From assembly GCA_951406725.2 (NCBI GenBank), contig OX597818.1, forward strand, positions 50,778,001 to 50,842,000: a stretch of DNA of 64,000 nucleotides, in the 5' to 3' direction. Each line of letters starts with the position of its first letter. Positions within the stretch are counted from its first letter, which is position 1. The DNA is from Octopus vulgaris. Taxonomy: Eukaryota. Below are positions 39,961 to 54,337 of the stretch, one piece after another. The translations under genes were made by a program, and so were the position numbers. The notes below the pieces were generated by a model that ran no database searches, was not told the DNA's origin, and saw nothing but the letters and a program-made list of their open reading frames with translations.

Positions 39961-40810
39961 TAACAAAATTAAAATGAGGATATTTACTTTTGTAAATCGG
40001 TTATATACGTAGAAATTGCAGTAGCGCTCTTTACTTTCTTTCTTAACCTAAAGGTAAGTATCATAGAGAGCCTTATTAAATCCAGTTTCATTATCTCTAA
40101 AGTATGGTATTTTTTACAATCATTATCAGGTGGAACTTGTTGCATGTTTTACACTACATGCAACATTGACATGAAAATTAGTAAGAATTGAGTAAGTGTT
40201 GACAATTTTGACGATAACCAGCAATCAGTTTAATATCAAGTTTCTCATAACAAGTACGTACTATGTATACCTTAGAGGAACAGATCTGTGGTTAAGAAGT
40301 TCGTTTTGCAAATACGTAGCTTTGGTTTCGAAGCCCAGAGAACGGATTAAATCTGTTTAAATGTTCGTGGTAAAGTACAGATATGTGTTCGAAGAAAAAT
40401 ACATTACGTATGAATTCCACCTACGTAACGTAGATACTTCCTTCTTACACTTGCCATCGGAGTAAACCAATAATTGACTCATTGGAAGCTTATAGGCCTC
40501 TGGGCTTCCAACGAGACAATTATTCCAACGACGCTATTGTTCACAAAAATATATAATGGCTAAGTCTGCATACTTTTGAATTTCTTTGTATACGGGTCTG
40601 TTTATGTGTATATATATATATATATAGTGTGTGTGTAGGCGCTTATTATTGCATGTCTCTAATTGAAAATATACGTGTATGTGTGTATGTATGTATGTGT
40701 GCGTGCGTTTGTGTGGAAATGGTGTGTCAGTATGTGTAGAGAAGTGCCTGATTTTGCATGATTATATATACATGTATATATATATATATATTATATATAT
40801 GGGTACATGG

Positions 40811-40863
<53 letters not shown>

Positions 40864-40924
40864 CATATGTACGTATGTCTGTGTATGCATGTATGCATGT
40901 GAGTGTGTATGTATATATATATAT

Positions 40925-40955
<31 letters not shown>

Positions 40956-41000
40956 GTATGTATGTTTGCATGTGAGTGTGTATGTATATACGTATGTATG

Positions 41001-41035
<35 letters not shown>

Positions 41036-41538
41036 ATTATGTATGTATATATGTATATATGTATGCATGCACGTATAATGATATTTTGCATCATTGCCGC
41101 AAGAATAGCTTCTGTGATATAATCGGTATTCCACGACGGATTCCAGTGCAACGGAAGAAATATCCGAGATTCTGTTACAGCATGTTTGATTATTTGCTGT
41201 TTAAGATCATTAAAAATGAAAAATAGTGTTTGATATTTAACACCTGAGCAAACTTTAGCAGGAATGATAGAAGTGTGAAGATAATTCAGGTGAATGTACA
41301 GCGATGTATATTATAATTTAAACAGTAGTCTTGCTATTTTTTCTAAAATAGCATACCGTATATCATCTTTCTCATATCTAAACGAGACACATGTGTAAGC
41401 GTTATAAACTCTTAATATTGTCACTATATACGTACATACATGTATTTGCATGCGTGTATATGTAGATATATTGCATAGAAATATGCATGCAAGTACACAC
41501 ACGTGCACACACATTCACACACACTCACACACACGCAT

Positions 41539-41575
<37 letters not shown>

Positions 41576-41897
41576 GAAATATTGCAATATTTCTAATTTT
41601 GTAGGTCAATGAACTTATTTCACTTGAAAAAGTTTTCAACAGCGATTTAGTACTTACAGCTTGCTAGGCGAAGCTACTCCAATCTGATGAAGGGCAATTA
41701 CCAAGAAATTAGTCTCCGGATGCTGGCTTTGTCGAGTGGAGGTGTTTATCTCCCTTGTTTGAAAACTTAAGGATGCAGAACGCTTGTGTTGCGTAGGCAA
41801 CTAAAAACGGTGTTTCTTGTGATTAAATAGCAGTACCATTCTTCCCTTTCTTGGGACTGCCAAATTATGTTGGCAACAATTCCATCACTGTATATGA

Positions 41898-41987
<90 letters not shown>

Positions 41988-41991
<4 letters not shown>

Positions 41992-42175
41992 AGAGTTTAC
42001 GAAAAAAACAAGAGACGAAGACAGGTGTACAAAACAAACAGATGTATTAGTATGACGCTCAGGAATAGAAAAAGTCTTTTACGTTTCTAGCCTACACTCT
42101 TCTAGAGAAAGGGGCACAGAAAAAAACAAGGAGAGAAACAAGGAGAGAAAAAATGTGCGTAGTGGCTAACGATCT

Positions 42176-42180
<5 letters not shown>
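41988..42180 (-). mobile_element. PLE pLTR-like fragment in (TA)n with degenerate hammerhead at 42076-42111
   Basis: Reverse complement of 37490-37650, with (TA)n on both sides. Confidence 0.65.
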
Positions 42181-42227
<47 letters not shown>

Positions 42228-42230
<3 letters not shown>

Positions 42231-42890
42231 AACTAATGCAAGGTCATCCAATAACATTTCATAACTCGAACATTTAATCATAGAAAATACATTTAGACAT
42301 CACGGAAGATGGAATATAATTCATCTGTACAAGCATATAAGAAAGTGCGAGAAAAAATGTGTGAATATATGTGAATACAGTTCATCACGGTTAAAAGTTA
42401 ATACTTTAGCGATTAAGAAAAAAAAATTTTTTTTAAACCATTACAACACCTAGAAGGTAAGACGTATATTTTTCTATATATTTTTATATACCTATATATA
42501 TATATTACTTTATACTATATTTTTACATCTTACCTTCTAGGTGTTGTAATGGTTTTTTTAAAAAAATTTTTTTTTCTTAATCGCTAAAGTATTAACTTTT
42601 AACCGTGATGAACTGTATTCACATATATTCACATATTTTTTCTCGCACTTTCTTATATGCTTGTACAGATGAATTAGATTCCATCTTCCGTGATGTCTAA
42701 ATGTATTTTCTATGATTAAATGTTCGAGTTATGAAATGTTATTGGATGACCTTGAATTTGTTTGTTCTATAACTTTAGTTTGATATATTTGTCTCATTCA
42801 ATTGAGCACTTCTATAGCAGTCCTATTAAACATTTTGTTCCTTATTAAACATTTTGCTCCTGATAAGAAACAATCACTGTATTATTGATA
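42228..42890. repeat. Long near-perfect inverted repeat (arms ~42238-42465 and ~42524-42755) between TA tracts
   Basis: About 225-bp arms with only a few mismatches and a ~60-nt AT-rich loop. Confidence 0.92.
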
Positions 42891-43302
42891 TATATATAAA
42901 ATAGAAATATGTTACAAAACGAAAATAGAAATTACACGTGGAAATGTAAGGGGAAAGTAAGAATAAAAATAAGCGAAAATGCACATTGGAAATCAAAAAA
43001 AGTAAAGGTTTCTTATGAAAAGTAACGATAGATATATACAATTAGATGAACTGAGATAGGAATAAAAGTAATAAAAATCATTATTGTGTATTGTTAAAGA
43101 GATTTAAAAGCATACCGGTTTCATAAATTACTAATCATTGCCTTGAATGCACACAATATATATACACATACTGAAGGAAGCTAATCTCTTCTTTAGAAGT
43201 GATTTCTTTAAAACTAAGAAACAAATCTCCATCAGTAGGGTCTGATAATAACTGATAACACCACTGAAGAGTTGAATGCTATATATAAAAAAACTCTTGC
43301 AT

Positions 43303-43474
43303 AGGCGCAGGAGTGGCTGTGTAGTAAGTAGCTTGCTAACCAACCACATGGTTCCGGGTTCAGTCCCACTACGTGGCACCTTGGGCAAGTGTCTTCTGCT
43401 ATAGCCCTGGGCCGACCAATGCATTGTGAGTGGATTTGGTAGATGGAAACTGAAAGAAGCCTGTCGTATATATG

Positions 43475-43505
<31 letters not shown>

Positions 43506-43717
43506 TTGTGTATCTGTATTTGTCCCCCTAGCATTGCTTGACAACCGATGCTGGTGTGTTTACGTCCCCGTCACTTAGCGGTTCGGCAAAAAAGACCGAT
43601 AGAATAAGTACTGGGCTTACAAAGAATAAGTCCCTGGGTCGATTTGCTCGACTAAAGGCGGTGCTCCAGCATGGCCGCAGTCAAATGACTGAAACAAGTA
43701 AAAGAGTGAAAGAGAGA
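43303..43717 (+). mobile_element. CORE-type SINE, full length
   Basis: Family match. Confidence 0.92.
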
Positions 43718-44136
43718 GTATATTCCCTGTTTCACTTACGAATTTCATTTTCGCCCAATAAATATTTGATGGCGTCAACCTTCCTCGCCTAAATCCCTTA
43801 ACTTCACAAGTTCATTATTTAAACATTTAGTAACAGTTACATGGACTAATCACAATGAGAATATATGCACATATATAATCTAACATTAGACGTTATCAGA
43901 TTCGTAATTGCTTTGTGTATGTGTGTGTGTGTGTGTATAAAATATATTGTTTCTTGTTAAATGCAAATGAAGTGTTTATACACACAGGGTAGCTACAATA
44001 GCACTGATTTATATTGATTTAGTAATAGCATCATTCCACTTCGATTATATCTCGATGAAATTTTAGAGCAACAGACGGAATGACCCAATTCAAATTTTAT
44101 GTCGACATGTGTGTGTGTGTGTGTACCTGTGTGTGT

Positions 44137-44414
44137 GAGCGTGTAAAATTAACGTGTAAGTAGTTGAGCACTCCACAGTCACGTGTACTCTTAATGTAGT
44201 TCTCGAGGAGATTAGTGTGACACAGAGTGTGACAAGTGAGAGAAAGTTGTGGAGAAAGAGTACAGCAGGGTTCGCCACCAGCCCCTGCCGGAGCTTCGTG
44301 GAACTTTAAGTGTTTTCGCTCAATAAACACTTGCAACGCCCGGTTTGGGAATCGAAACCGCGATCCTATGACCGCGAGTCGGCTTTCCTAACCACTGCGC
44401 CATTGTACTTCCAC
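44137..44414 (-). mobile_element. OR-like SINE, partial tail type b
   Basis: Head and tail match 7213-7608. Confidence 0.82.
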
Positions 44415-44464
44415 ATCATAGATATGTTTGATCAGATCTAACCTCGGCTACACAATAAGAACAA

Positions 44465-44670
44465 TGGTTCTTCACATGCACAAGGAAAGGAAATTGAAGA
44501 ATGTGTAAGTCGATTAAACCCGATGTTTTCTTGATACTGTAATTCATCGATTCTGAAAGGAAACAAAACAAAGTGAACCTCGGCGAGTTTTGAACTCAGA
44601 ATGTGAAATACCAGAACAAATACTGCAAAGTATCTTTCCGACACTCTAACGATTCTTCCAGTTTAGTTTG
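44465..44670 (-). mobile_element. Old Nin/Deu SINE
   Basis: Diverged family match. Confidence 0.6.
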
Positions 44671-44859
44671 CCGCATTTAACCGCCCTTATAATGAAACAA
44701 TAACATTTATTTAGAGCAGTTTATTATCAGAAAGTGTTTTACAGTGGACAAAATTTAGTAACGATCTTCTGCGAGGTCGACGTCGTCTTACATTCTTTAA
44801 GGCGTCGGCTATAATAAGTATGTCATATTTGGTTGTTGAATGCATTGATTTTTTTCGTT

Positions 44860-45166
44860 CAACAAAATTATTAACTTTTGGGATTTGGTTTGCAAGATTC
44901 TTTATATGAGTTCGTGTGTTGAAGCATATTCTGTTGTGTCTGGGGAGAGTCATTTTCTTTTTGTGCCTTATAATTTAACACATTCACCGGTAAAATTTCC
45001 ACTTATTCCCTATTTTTATTTTCCTAGAATTTTCGGTGCGTCTTGAAATCCTTTCAATAGTCAAATAAAAATAAGGAATAAATGGAAATTTTACCGGTTA
45101 GTGTGTTAAAATTTTAGGCTCAAAACGAAAATGACTCTCCCCAGACACAACAAAATTATTAACTTT
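44860..45166. mobile_element. Asymmetric fold-back element with a 19-bp flanking direct repeat
   Basis: CAACAAAATTATTAACTTT at 44860-44878 and 45148-45166. Arms at 44933-45021 and 45063-45151. Confidence 0.85.
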
Positions 45167-45169
45167 ATG

Positions 45170-45900
45170 AAAGAAACTATTATTTACAAAACTATTCTTC
45201 GCTTCGCGGCTACAGTGAGAAATATGATTCAAATACTGTGTGCTAATCTGTTTCTTCTTCAGCAAATACCGAAAGATCTCTTGGAATGATTCATCTAAAT
45301 TCAAAAAAACGCAGCAAATGTCTTCTGCCAAATCGTTCAAAATATATTTTACAATAGAAACGTTGTTGTAGATTCTGCAACATTTCAAACAACATTTCAT
45401 TATAAGAATACATTTATTCTGAACCAACATCGAGAAATATCGAAACAATTTTTCATAATGCATATATAATTGTTTCATTAAAATATGTTCTCGCATATCA
45501 CTTCGTTTAACCGGCTGCTTTGCATCATATTTCATATTTCGAGCTATTTCATTATATTACGATCATTTTTTACTTGTAACTTGTGCAATATGGTATATAT
45601 TACACAACAACGTTTTTGTATATCCTTCCTCAAAACCATAATTTACTATGCTTCATTGAAATCCAGAACTTCCCGGTGCGTTACGAAACGTTACTCTGTC
45701 AGCTATGGAATTTATTTCTTTTGTATTTCAAAGATGGCGTTGTGTGCGTGTGTTTTATTTTTCTTTTTCATCATGGCTGCAACATCATATGGGGCTAACA
45801 ATATCATTTGCGGATACAAAGAGTTATCAATATATTTTTTTTAATCGCTGCAAAAATCGTTTTCCTATAGCATGTCAGCGGTTGCAGTCTCCAAGCAGAC
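45170..45900 (-). pseudogene. hAT (Charlie-like) transposase remnant
   Basis: YDVAAMMKKKN (cf. DGAAAM.GK), RFVTHREVL (cf. HC..HRE.L), KNDRNIMK*L, LAEDIC..LN. Confidence 0.5.
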
Positions 45901-46686
45901 ATTGTTTCGTAACACTTGCTTTCTAAATGAACGAAACCTGATACGTAAAGATTTCACTAACGAAAATGTCGTTACTTTTATCTACAATTAATGTATTAAA
46001 CGAGAGACTGCATTAGTCATTTATCACATTTTGAAAATCGACACGGTGAATGAATTCAAAGAAATCAAATGCACAAATTTTTCAGAACATATTCTGCCAT
46101 GTGATCATGAATATTTCTTACAGAGTAATGAAGACATTTTGGAAATAGCAAGCAGAATTTTATTGTATGAGTTAAATTTATTCCCCCTCTCCCCCGTTAC
46201 TAATCCTCTAATCCAGAGTAACACCTCGTATTTCATTACCTTATTATTCATTCTATCGCCTCGATGAAAGCCTCGTCTCTTATTGATTCATTCCTTGTGG
46301 ACCTTTTTATTAAGTCATCTCCTTACAACATTTAAAGTCTTCAATGGATTCCAAATCCGTCAATTAGCAATATCACAACTAAACTTCTCTTCTACACATT
46401 ACATATACTTTCATGTATCTACACTGTGGCTTCCTTTATCAAGGAATATACGTCTATATTTTAACACACTTCAAAAGTGAATGATATGTTTGATCTTCGT
46501 TTAAGAGTAATTTATGAACGCAAGCACGGAGTCGTGTGCTAAAAGGTTTCTTTCGCATTAGATTACATCGACCGGTATTTCAACCTCGGAAACGCCATAG
46601 CCTTGAACACTCAAGAGCTCGTATGGATAAGATATATAGAAAACTACCGGATGTCTGGGTATGTATACACACACACACACATATTT

Positions 46687-46780
<94 letters not shown>

Positions 46781-46904
46781 TACATACATACATACATATA
46801 TATATATTATATGCATGTATGCATGCATGGCATACATACATGTTTACATACATACATGCATTTTCATTTGTACCTATCATCATAGATGCATTAAGTTATG
46901 TACT

Positions 46905-47299
46905 GTTTTACTCTTTTACTTGTTTCGGTCATTGGACTGCGGCCATGCTGGAGCACTGCCTTTAGTCGAGCAAATCGACCCCAGGACTTATTCTTTGTAA
47001 GCCTAGTACTTATTCTATCGGTCTCTTTTGCCGAACCGCTAAGTTACGGGGACATAAAAACACCAGCACTGGTTGTCAAGCGATGTTGAGGGGACAAACA
47101 CAGACACACAAACATATACACACACATAGATATATACGGCAGGCTTCTTTAAGTTTCCGTCTACCAAATCCAGTCACAAAGCATTGGTTGGCCCGAGGCT
47201 ATCGTAAAAGACACTTACCCCTGGTTCCACACAGTGGGACCGAACCCAGAACCATGTGGTTGGTAAGCAAGCTACTTACTACACAGCCACTCCTGCGCC
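46905..47299 (-). mobile_element. CORE-type SINE
   Basis: Family match. Confidence 0.9.
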
Positions 47300-50011
47300 T
47301 ATGTGCGTACAAAAATCTAGAAATACTTGGTTTTTAAGGAAAGAACCAAAGAAACTGCCGCATTCTCCAATTCCAAACTATTAACGGTAAAGTGAAGATT
47401 TGTAAAGCTGTTCTGTTGATCGGATCAACTGGAACCCTCGTCGTCGTAACCGACGGAGTACCACGCTATCTATGATAAAAGATATTCTAATTGTGACCAT
47501 TTTATATGTTCAGGCTCTTTGTCTCAAACTATAGTGTGTCTGACATGTTCTGTTTTCTTTAAAGGTGGTACGGTATCATTTGAGAGAGATTCAGGTGTTA
47601 CAACCACAAAGAAGCTGCCTCTTTGACTTGCTCTAATTAGGATAAATGAATGCTGAGCAGCACTTTATTGAAAGAATATTAATTAACTGGAAAATAGATT
47701 TCTAGTAAAGAAACATAATGGCGTCAACAGTTATACGGCAATTATGTTTTTACAAAGCGAACATTCAGAATGCATTGCGTAACTACGTAAATATTCAGAA
47801 ATTGTCATTCGTGAATCAGAATTATAATGAAGTATCTATTGATAGAATATTTTTCTCTTGAGCAGAACTTGGCACCAAAAGTATCCGTAAGGAGAAGTCA
47901 TTGGCTGCAATGTACAGTTACGTTCGAATTTGTTAAACAAGGGAATATGGAAAGTAGCAACACTAAAAGCCGTGCCTGACATAGGCGTTATACATATTAA
48001 TTCGAAGTTCACATATCTTTTACTGTTAATACATATGTGTTGTGTTGCGGTTGTTGTCGTTGTTGCTGTGTGAATGCTGTTTAGCCAAAGCCAGCTATAA
48101 TGACTAAACAAGCGCCTTTAATCAAAGCGTTCCAACTGTGGCAATCCGTCCGTCTTTCTGGCATTGCATATCTTAGAGTACGTTGTTTAGTGTATCGTTG
48201 TTTTCAAGGAAGTAGGCTTGGAAGCTTTGACCCGCCGGTATTTCTAGCATGTCAAGCAACTTGTAAAGGCACTCTGTGTGTGTGTATGTGTGTGTGTGTG
48301 TGTGGGTGGGTGTGAGATAGAGAGAGGGAGAGAGAGAGCGTGCATATTTCCGTACAATATTTATCAAAAGAGAACAAGGCATCAAAATTTAGAATGGAAG
48401 TGCGGAAGAAAATATTCTACACGTTAAAGATGGATGAAATGAACAAAATTTATAAACGCCTTCGCTTCCACTTCGTAAATTTTCTTCTGTTTTAAGATAT
48501 TTTGATAACTGAAGTTGAAATGTCGTGATCTAACTAACACTTGTTGCTCACAATGAACTTGCACAATCACCAATGACGTATAATTCACAACCAGCTATTA
48601 ATTATCTTTTGCACATTATTCTGTAAAAGAAATCTGATTCAATATCTCATACAATAAATTTTAATTAAAATTTTGAAGAAAAAAATCGATTATTTACTAC
48701 CTGTTCCGAGCATGTTCCTATTTAAAATCTGCGTTCTGTTACATCCGCTCGCTTTATAACATCAGTCACAACCTGAAGATTTCAAGCATCTTTTATGTAA
48801 TTTTTCGATTTGTTTCTCCATTGAAACGTCATGGCTGGATCAGGAAAATAACTACCGGATTTCCTTTCCTTTTGAACATCATATTTTACATTACATTCCA
48901 GGTATGAAGAGTAACATGTAAAAATACATACGAAGAGAAATCAAATAAATGCACAAGAAAAGAGAATACAGGTGAAAAAAAAGACGCAGTAGAGCGGAAA
49001 AATGTGACGAATGAAAGGATGAGGATATAAGGATATATGAAAGGGAATCGAAAAACGGTGGAACGTGAATTAACCAGGTGAAAAGGTGAAAGCACTCTGC
49101 TGAGACGATGTGTATACATAGCACACCTGTTAAAGTAGCATGTTAAAATATCAGAAACCTGAGAACCTATACCAGAAACCATTTCTTTGTACTATATAAT
49201 GAACGTCGATAATGAACTTTGTAATCGTTTGACTTGCAAGAAATAGCTACCGTCTTTCCAATAAACTAAACTCCTACCTCTTAGATAATGAAAACGCATT
49301 AGATAATGTGTTGGCTTGTTGGTTGTTCATTTATATTTCAAAGTTGAGAATCGTCTTGCCTCGAGTAAAACGTACACACCCACACTCACACAAACACAAA
49401 CACACACACATATATACAATATTTCCTACATCTTTCTTCTTTATCAGATCAAATAATCGCACAAAATACTACAGTTCCACAATAGTTAGACCTAATCATT
49501 TGATTTCCTTCATACCCTCCCACCATTATTCCACCTATATCAACAGAATACCACTAAAATCTGTGGTATTGCTGCCCTCCTCTCTTTGATCTTCAGCCTC
49601 AACTAGCGAATCCTAAACCCCGACTCTTTACCTAATTCGCTTTATTTAAGTACTTATATATTCTTCACTTTTTACTCTTTATTTTTTTACTTTTTCTTTA
49701 TTTTTTTATTTTTTTATCTTCTGTTCTCTCCCAGCTACCCACATTAATAAGCCTAACATAATAAATTATACACTTTCATCACCTACACTTCATCTCTATC
49801 CCCAAAAAGCATCAGTCTAGCTGACTCCTATTTTACCCGGAACGGCTGACCATAAATATCATATTACACCCTCTCATAAACTAAATTCTTAACCGAACTC
49901 CACCAACGGCCTATTTTCTTGGTCATTCTCCCATTTTGTGGTAAGCCTCGGCAACTTTCAGCCACGTCTTTGCTGTATTCTTGGGTTATTCGTTTGCTTT
50001 TGAAATTATGT

Positions 50012-50096
50012 CTCATCTGACGATTGCGGTTTTTTGCGATGAAGAAATGTTCTAATTCTTTTATTAGAAAAATGCGTAAGAGACAGCTGTAATGAG
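50012..50096 (+). ncRNA. Type I hammerhead-like motif with one core substitution, in a probable PLE pLTR
   Basis: CTCAT CTGACGA TTGCG..CGTAA GAGAC AGCT GTA ATGAG: 5-bp helix I, palindromic helix III, GAGA instead of GAAA. Confidence 0.65.
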
Positions 50097-50137
50097 CTGA
50101 CAATTATCCATCATCAGTTATTCATTTGATTATATAC

Positions 50138-50412
<275 letters not shown>

Positions 50413-50719
50413 CGCACACACATATTCAGTAGTGGTGTTTAAGCTTAATGGAATGAAGTTTAATCAACTATTATCATAATATTTTTACACATTTATTTAA
50501 TTCAATTTTCCATTTTCGATTTAAAATGGCAATGTATTTCTTCACCGGGCAACAAAAAAGTCGGAGAGGTCACGGCTAGAACGCCTTTGAGCATAAGTTT
50601 CCCGAATCAAAATTGACCACTACCACCACACCACCACCACCACCACCACCACTAAAAACAATAATAACCAATGTTGACAAGCATGTTGACAAGATCTTTT
50701 TCATTTGGAAATAGAAAGA

Positions 50720-51200
50720 AAACGAAAAATGGGGAACAAGGAGTTACGTGTATGTCAAATTTTCTTCCGGAAGAAATGGTGAAAATGGAAGAGAAATACT
50801 CTAAATGTTAAGAACAGATTTTATTGGAGACAACTTGAGATTGACTGATATTTATCAGTGAATAAAACGTTTTAAAATTGGCGGAATATCAGTAAGAGTT
50901 GAATCCCATTAAATTTGATTGATGGCATCGTCTGCTGTTAAGGCGGCTCCTTATGACAGAAAGTAATCGACGCTTCACTAAGAAACTGTTACTGTTTGAT
51001 TGATGTTTCAATAAGCTACCATAGACAACTATATGAGGACCTACGACGAAGACTGAAAATCAATTCTAATTTCCTCAGCTTAGCTTCTTCATTAAAGTTA
51101 ATGAGTCATAGATACACTATTGTGATCCTGAAACTAAATGCTACAACACACAATGAGTGCGCCTCTACTTGGACTTCCGCTTCGCTAGAAATAGTAATCA
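50720..51200 (+). pseudogene. mariner (DD34D) transposase remnant
   Basis: VNES*IHYCDPETKCYNTQ* (cf. GDESWIHYYDPETK.QS.QW). Confidence 0.65.
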
Positions 51201-51376
51201 AATTTCATCAAACAACACGGCATCATCTTCAAAAAATAAAGACATATTGATCGTTTTTAGATACACAAAAAGATTTATGGTCAAGAATGGGACGTTTTTT
51301 ATCATTGGTTATTTCTGTGGCAGTTAGAGGAAGCATTAAATAAAATTGCTCCCTCTTTCTCTCTCTCTCTTTCTCC

Positions 51377-51434
<58 letters not shown>

Positions 51435-51459
51435 GCACATACACACACACACACACAGA

Positions 51460-51810
51460 GTAGACCAAAAGTCACCCGACAGTAGATTGAAATTCTTTAA
51501 ATCTCCAATTGTGTACTGACGCGAATGGGAAAATGCGTCGTTCAAGGACTTCAGTTTGAACAACTTTCATGATGTTTCATATTTCGATGTCTTTATTAAA
51601 TTCATTCAGTTGTTCTAATGATTTCAGAGCGTTTAGAATGCTTTTTATGCTTAGATACTGGTGATACGTTTCCATCTGCAGTCTCTAACTCCTTACAAAC
51701 TTTGTAGACGAAAGATCTGGCAACTTTTAAAAATCAAGATATTTCTAAATCGCTACGCTCAGCCTTTATAAGCAAAATAACAGCATGCCTTTTCATTTCT
51801 TGATTAAGCT
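51460..51810 (-). pseudogene. maT/DD37D-like transposase remnant, internally deleted
   Basis: LNQEMKRHAVILLIKAERSDLEIS*FLKVARSFVYKVCKELETADGNVSPVSKHKKHSKRSEIIRT. Same family as 63165-64000. Confidence 0.75.
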
Positions 51811-51958
51811 GAGGGTCTTCCATAATTATTTTCTGAAACAAAGATTATAAAGAGTTAGTAAAAAATGCAGCAATGATCCCAAAAAGGTATGTCTTCAAAT
51901 ACCTTACGCACCCTCTAAATATGTACAAACATGCATATGCGTCCATAAATATACACAA

Positions 51959-52071
<113 letters not shown>

Positions 52072-52120
52072 CATATATATATATATGTATATATATATTT
52101 ATATAGATATATGTATGTTC

Positions 52121-52153
<33 letters not shown>

Positions 52154-52576
52154 CATATGCATGCATGTATATATACCATACATATATACATACATGCATA
52201 CACAAATATATGAGTATATATTTGTATTTCTCAAAAATCCAGAGTTCTTCGAATGAGATTACCCTAGCCTCAAATTACGTACGACCAACGTCACTGTCAC
52301 CGTCAGGCATTAAAATAGCACATCAACGTTGAGCCCATTGGAAACTTGAGATCCATGACACTATTTGCTGCCAAATTACATAACAGCCTTTGAAGGAAGC
52401 CAGACAATGTCTAGCTGACAATAAATGTATATTGTTGTTGTTTAACCCCACGTTAGCTCTGATCGAACAGACCTAAAAGTCAAAAGCGTTCCAATCGTGC
52501 GGTCTTGTTAAATTTTCTCGCATCCCTAGGACCATATTGTCCTTCACGAGCTCATTCTTTTTAAGAGGCTAAGATA

Positions 52577-52935
52577 TCTTTATATATAAAAGTCAAGTTG
52601 TGTGTCTGTCTCCTACGATTTAGATTCCTAACTACTCCCACATTTTGCGGTGCAGTTTAACCAAAACCGGGTATCTTATAGTCGTGATTCATATCGAGCC
52701 CTTCTGGGTATTAGCGCGCATCATTTTTTTCCATTTTAATGCATTGTTTTCGCTATTATATAAGGGAAGTAACTCTCTGAAAATGTCTACGATGAGTCAA
52801 CGATTTAAAAAAAATTTACCATAATTTTTTCCATTTTTAATGCATTTTTTTGCTATTTTTTGGCTATAACTCTCTAAAAATGCTTATATAGTTATTTCCC
52901 TTACAAACCCGAGCAACGCCGGGCGATACTGCTAG
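52577..52935 (+). mobile_element. Non-autonomous Helitron
   Basis: A|TC...CCCGAGCAACGCCGGG..CTAG|T. The 3' ~130 bp is shared with 39581. Confidence 0.87.
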
Positions 52936-54337
52936 TGATATATAAAAGAAATGTTTGCCATATCTAGCAAGTTGCATGACCATGGAGATATTCCCTTGTT
53001 GGCTCTATGTTCCCAGTTTTTAATTCAGTAAATGTTTGATTATTTTCGAAATTCCTACTCTAATATAAATTTAAATCAAATTTATTCGCGGTTCATTACG
53101 TTACAACAAGAATTCTAATTATTCTTAGCAAAAATACATCCTGTAGCTTATTCTTCCGCTTGAGTGACAAGGGCAAAATTACAAGCAAATGAGTGAATTC
53201 TGAAAGAAAACTCCTTTGAATTTTATTCATTTTTAAGCCTTTCTATCAATTTTAAGCGAAACAAGTTGTTTGCAGTCAAGCAAACATTGATAGCAATATT
53301 AAAATAAGGGGGGAAATGATTTTTACGTAGCAATTTTCATGGATTAAGCCAACACAATGATTAAAGTAGTTAATTTTAGAGGTAAAAATGGGAAATTTTA
53401 TTAATGTAAGTGTACACAACTTTGTTAAAAATTGCTATCTCATAGATTAGATACGTTAATACACTCGCAGCACTCAATAAAATTATTATGTTCGAATACG
53501 GTTTTTTTATACATATTTACAAAGGTTGTTAGTTATTGAATAATATATGAATTCCGACATGTTTCAAGACCCATATGCTGCTTGAACCAGTTACAGGATA
53601 TTTGAAATGGATAACATTTGAATGTTATCCGTACCCAGAGGGCGTTTTAGGGAATATTCCAACGCCCTAAAAAGTCAAAAGATCAGTTGCTAAAATATTT
53701 AACAAATTTACTCAAATTTTTTGTCTCCTCGTTTTGGGCGACGCATGAGGCGATCAAAGTTCTCCAACAGGATCGGTGAATAGTTACCCTTAGTGCATTG
53801 TTCCATCGTAGATTTACCAGCTGAAGCTCCCTGTCGATCGTCTGCTGTCAGTTCATCTTGATGCGTCCCTTGCACCGTTACCACTGAGGGTCCCATTTAA
53901 GGATTTGGTGAGCGAGGAGTTTGCTTGTCAGGAGTCTTACGACATGCTCCTTCCAAATCAGTCAGCACTTGGAGATGGTGATGGTCACGGGGCGTTGGTT
54001 TGCTCTTCTAACTAGTAAAGTCGTTTTATTTGGAACCTAGCCTACCCGGTGGTATCTGCTATCAAAAGCGTCTTGTCTTTTTTGGGGTCTAGTTTTCAGG
54101 CGCCATTTTAACAACCATACAGACGGTTGATAAACACGTTGATCTTGAGGAACTGCATTTTAATTGCTAATGTACCCTGTATCAATTATCTACGAATTCG
54201 CTGATCCCTTGAGTAGTAATACGAAATACGCTAGAACATAGCTCCAGAATGCGCATGTGAATAATCTATCATATTTGTATTTTATTTTCAAAGCAAAGCA
54301 TGTTTTAAGCATTTTTTATGATGTCTTTGTTATATTA

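Noticed and set aside
45098-45535. MAGE/NSE3-like look of ORF MKYDAKQPVKRSDMREHIL
   Set aside because: Similarity is limited to a few residues, and surrounding frames carry hAT transposase motifs with many stops.
53700-54120. GC-richer stretch with a 62-aa ORF as a possible host exon
   Set aside because: No recognisable domain or supportable splice structure; probably an unclassified repeat.
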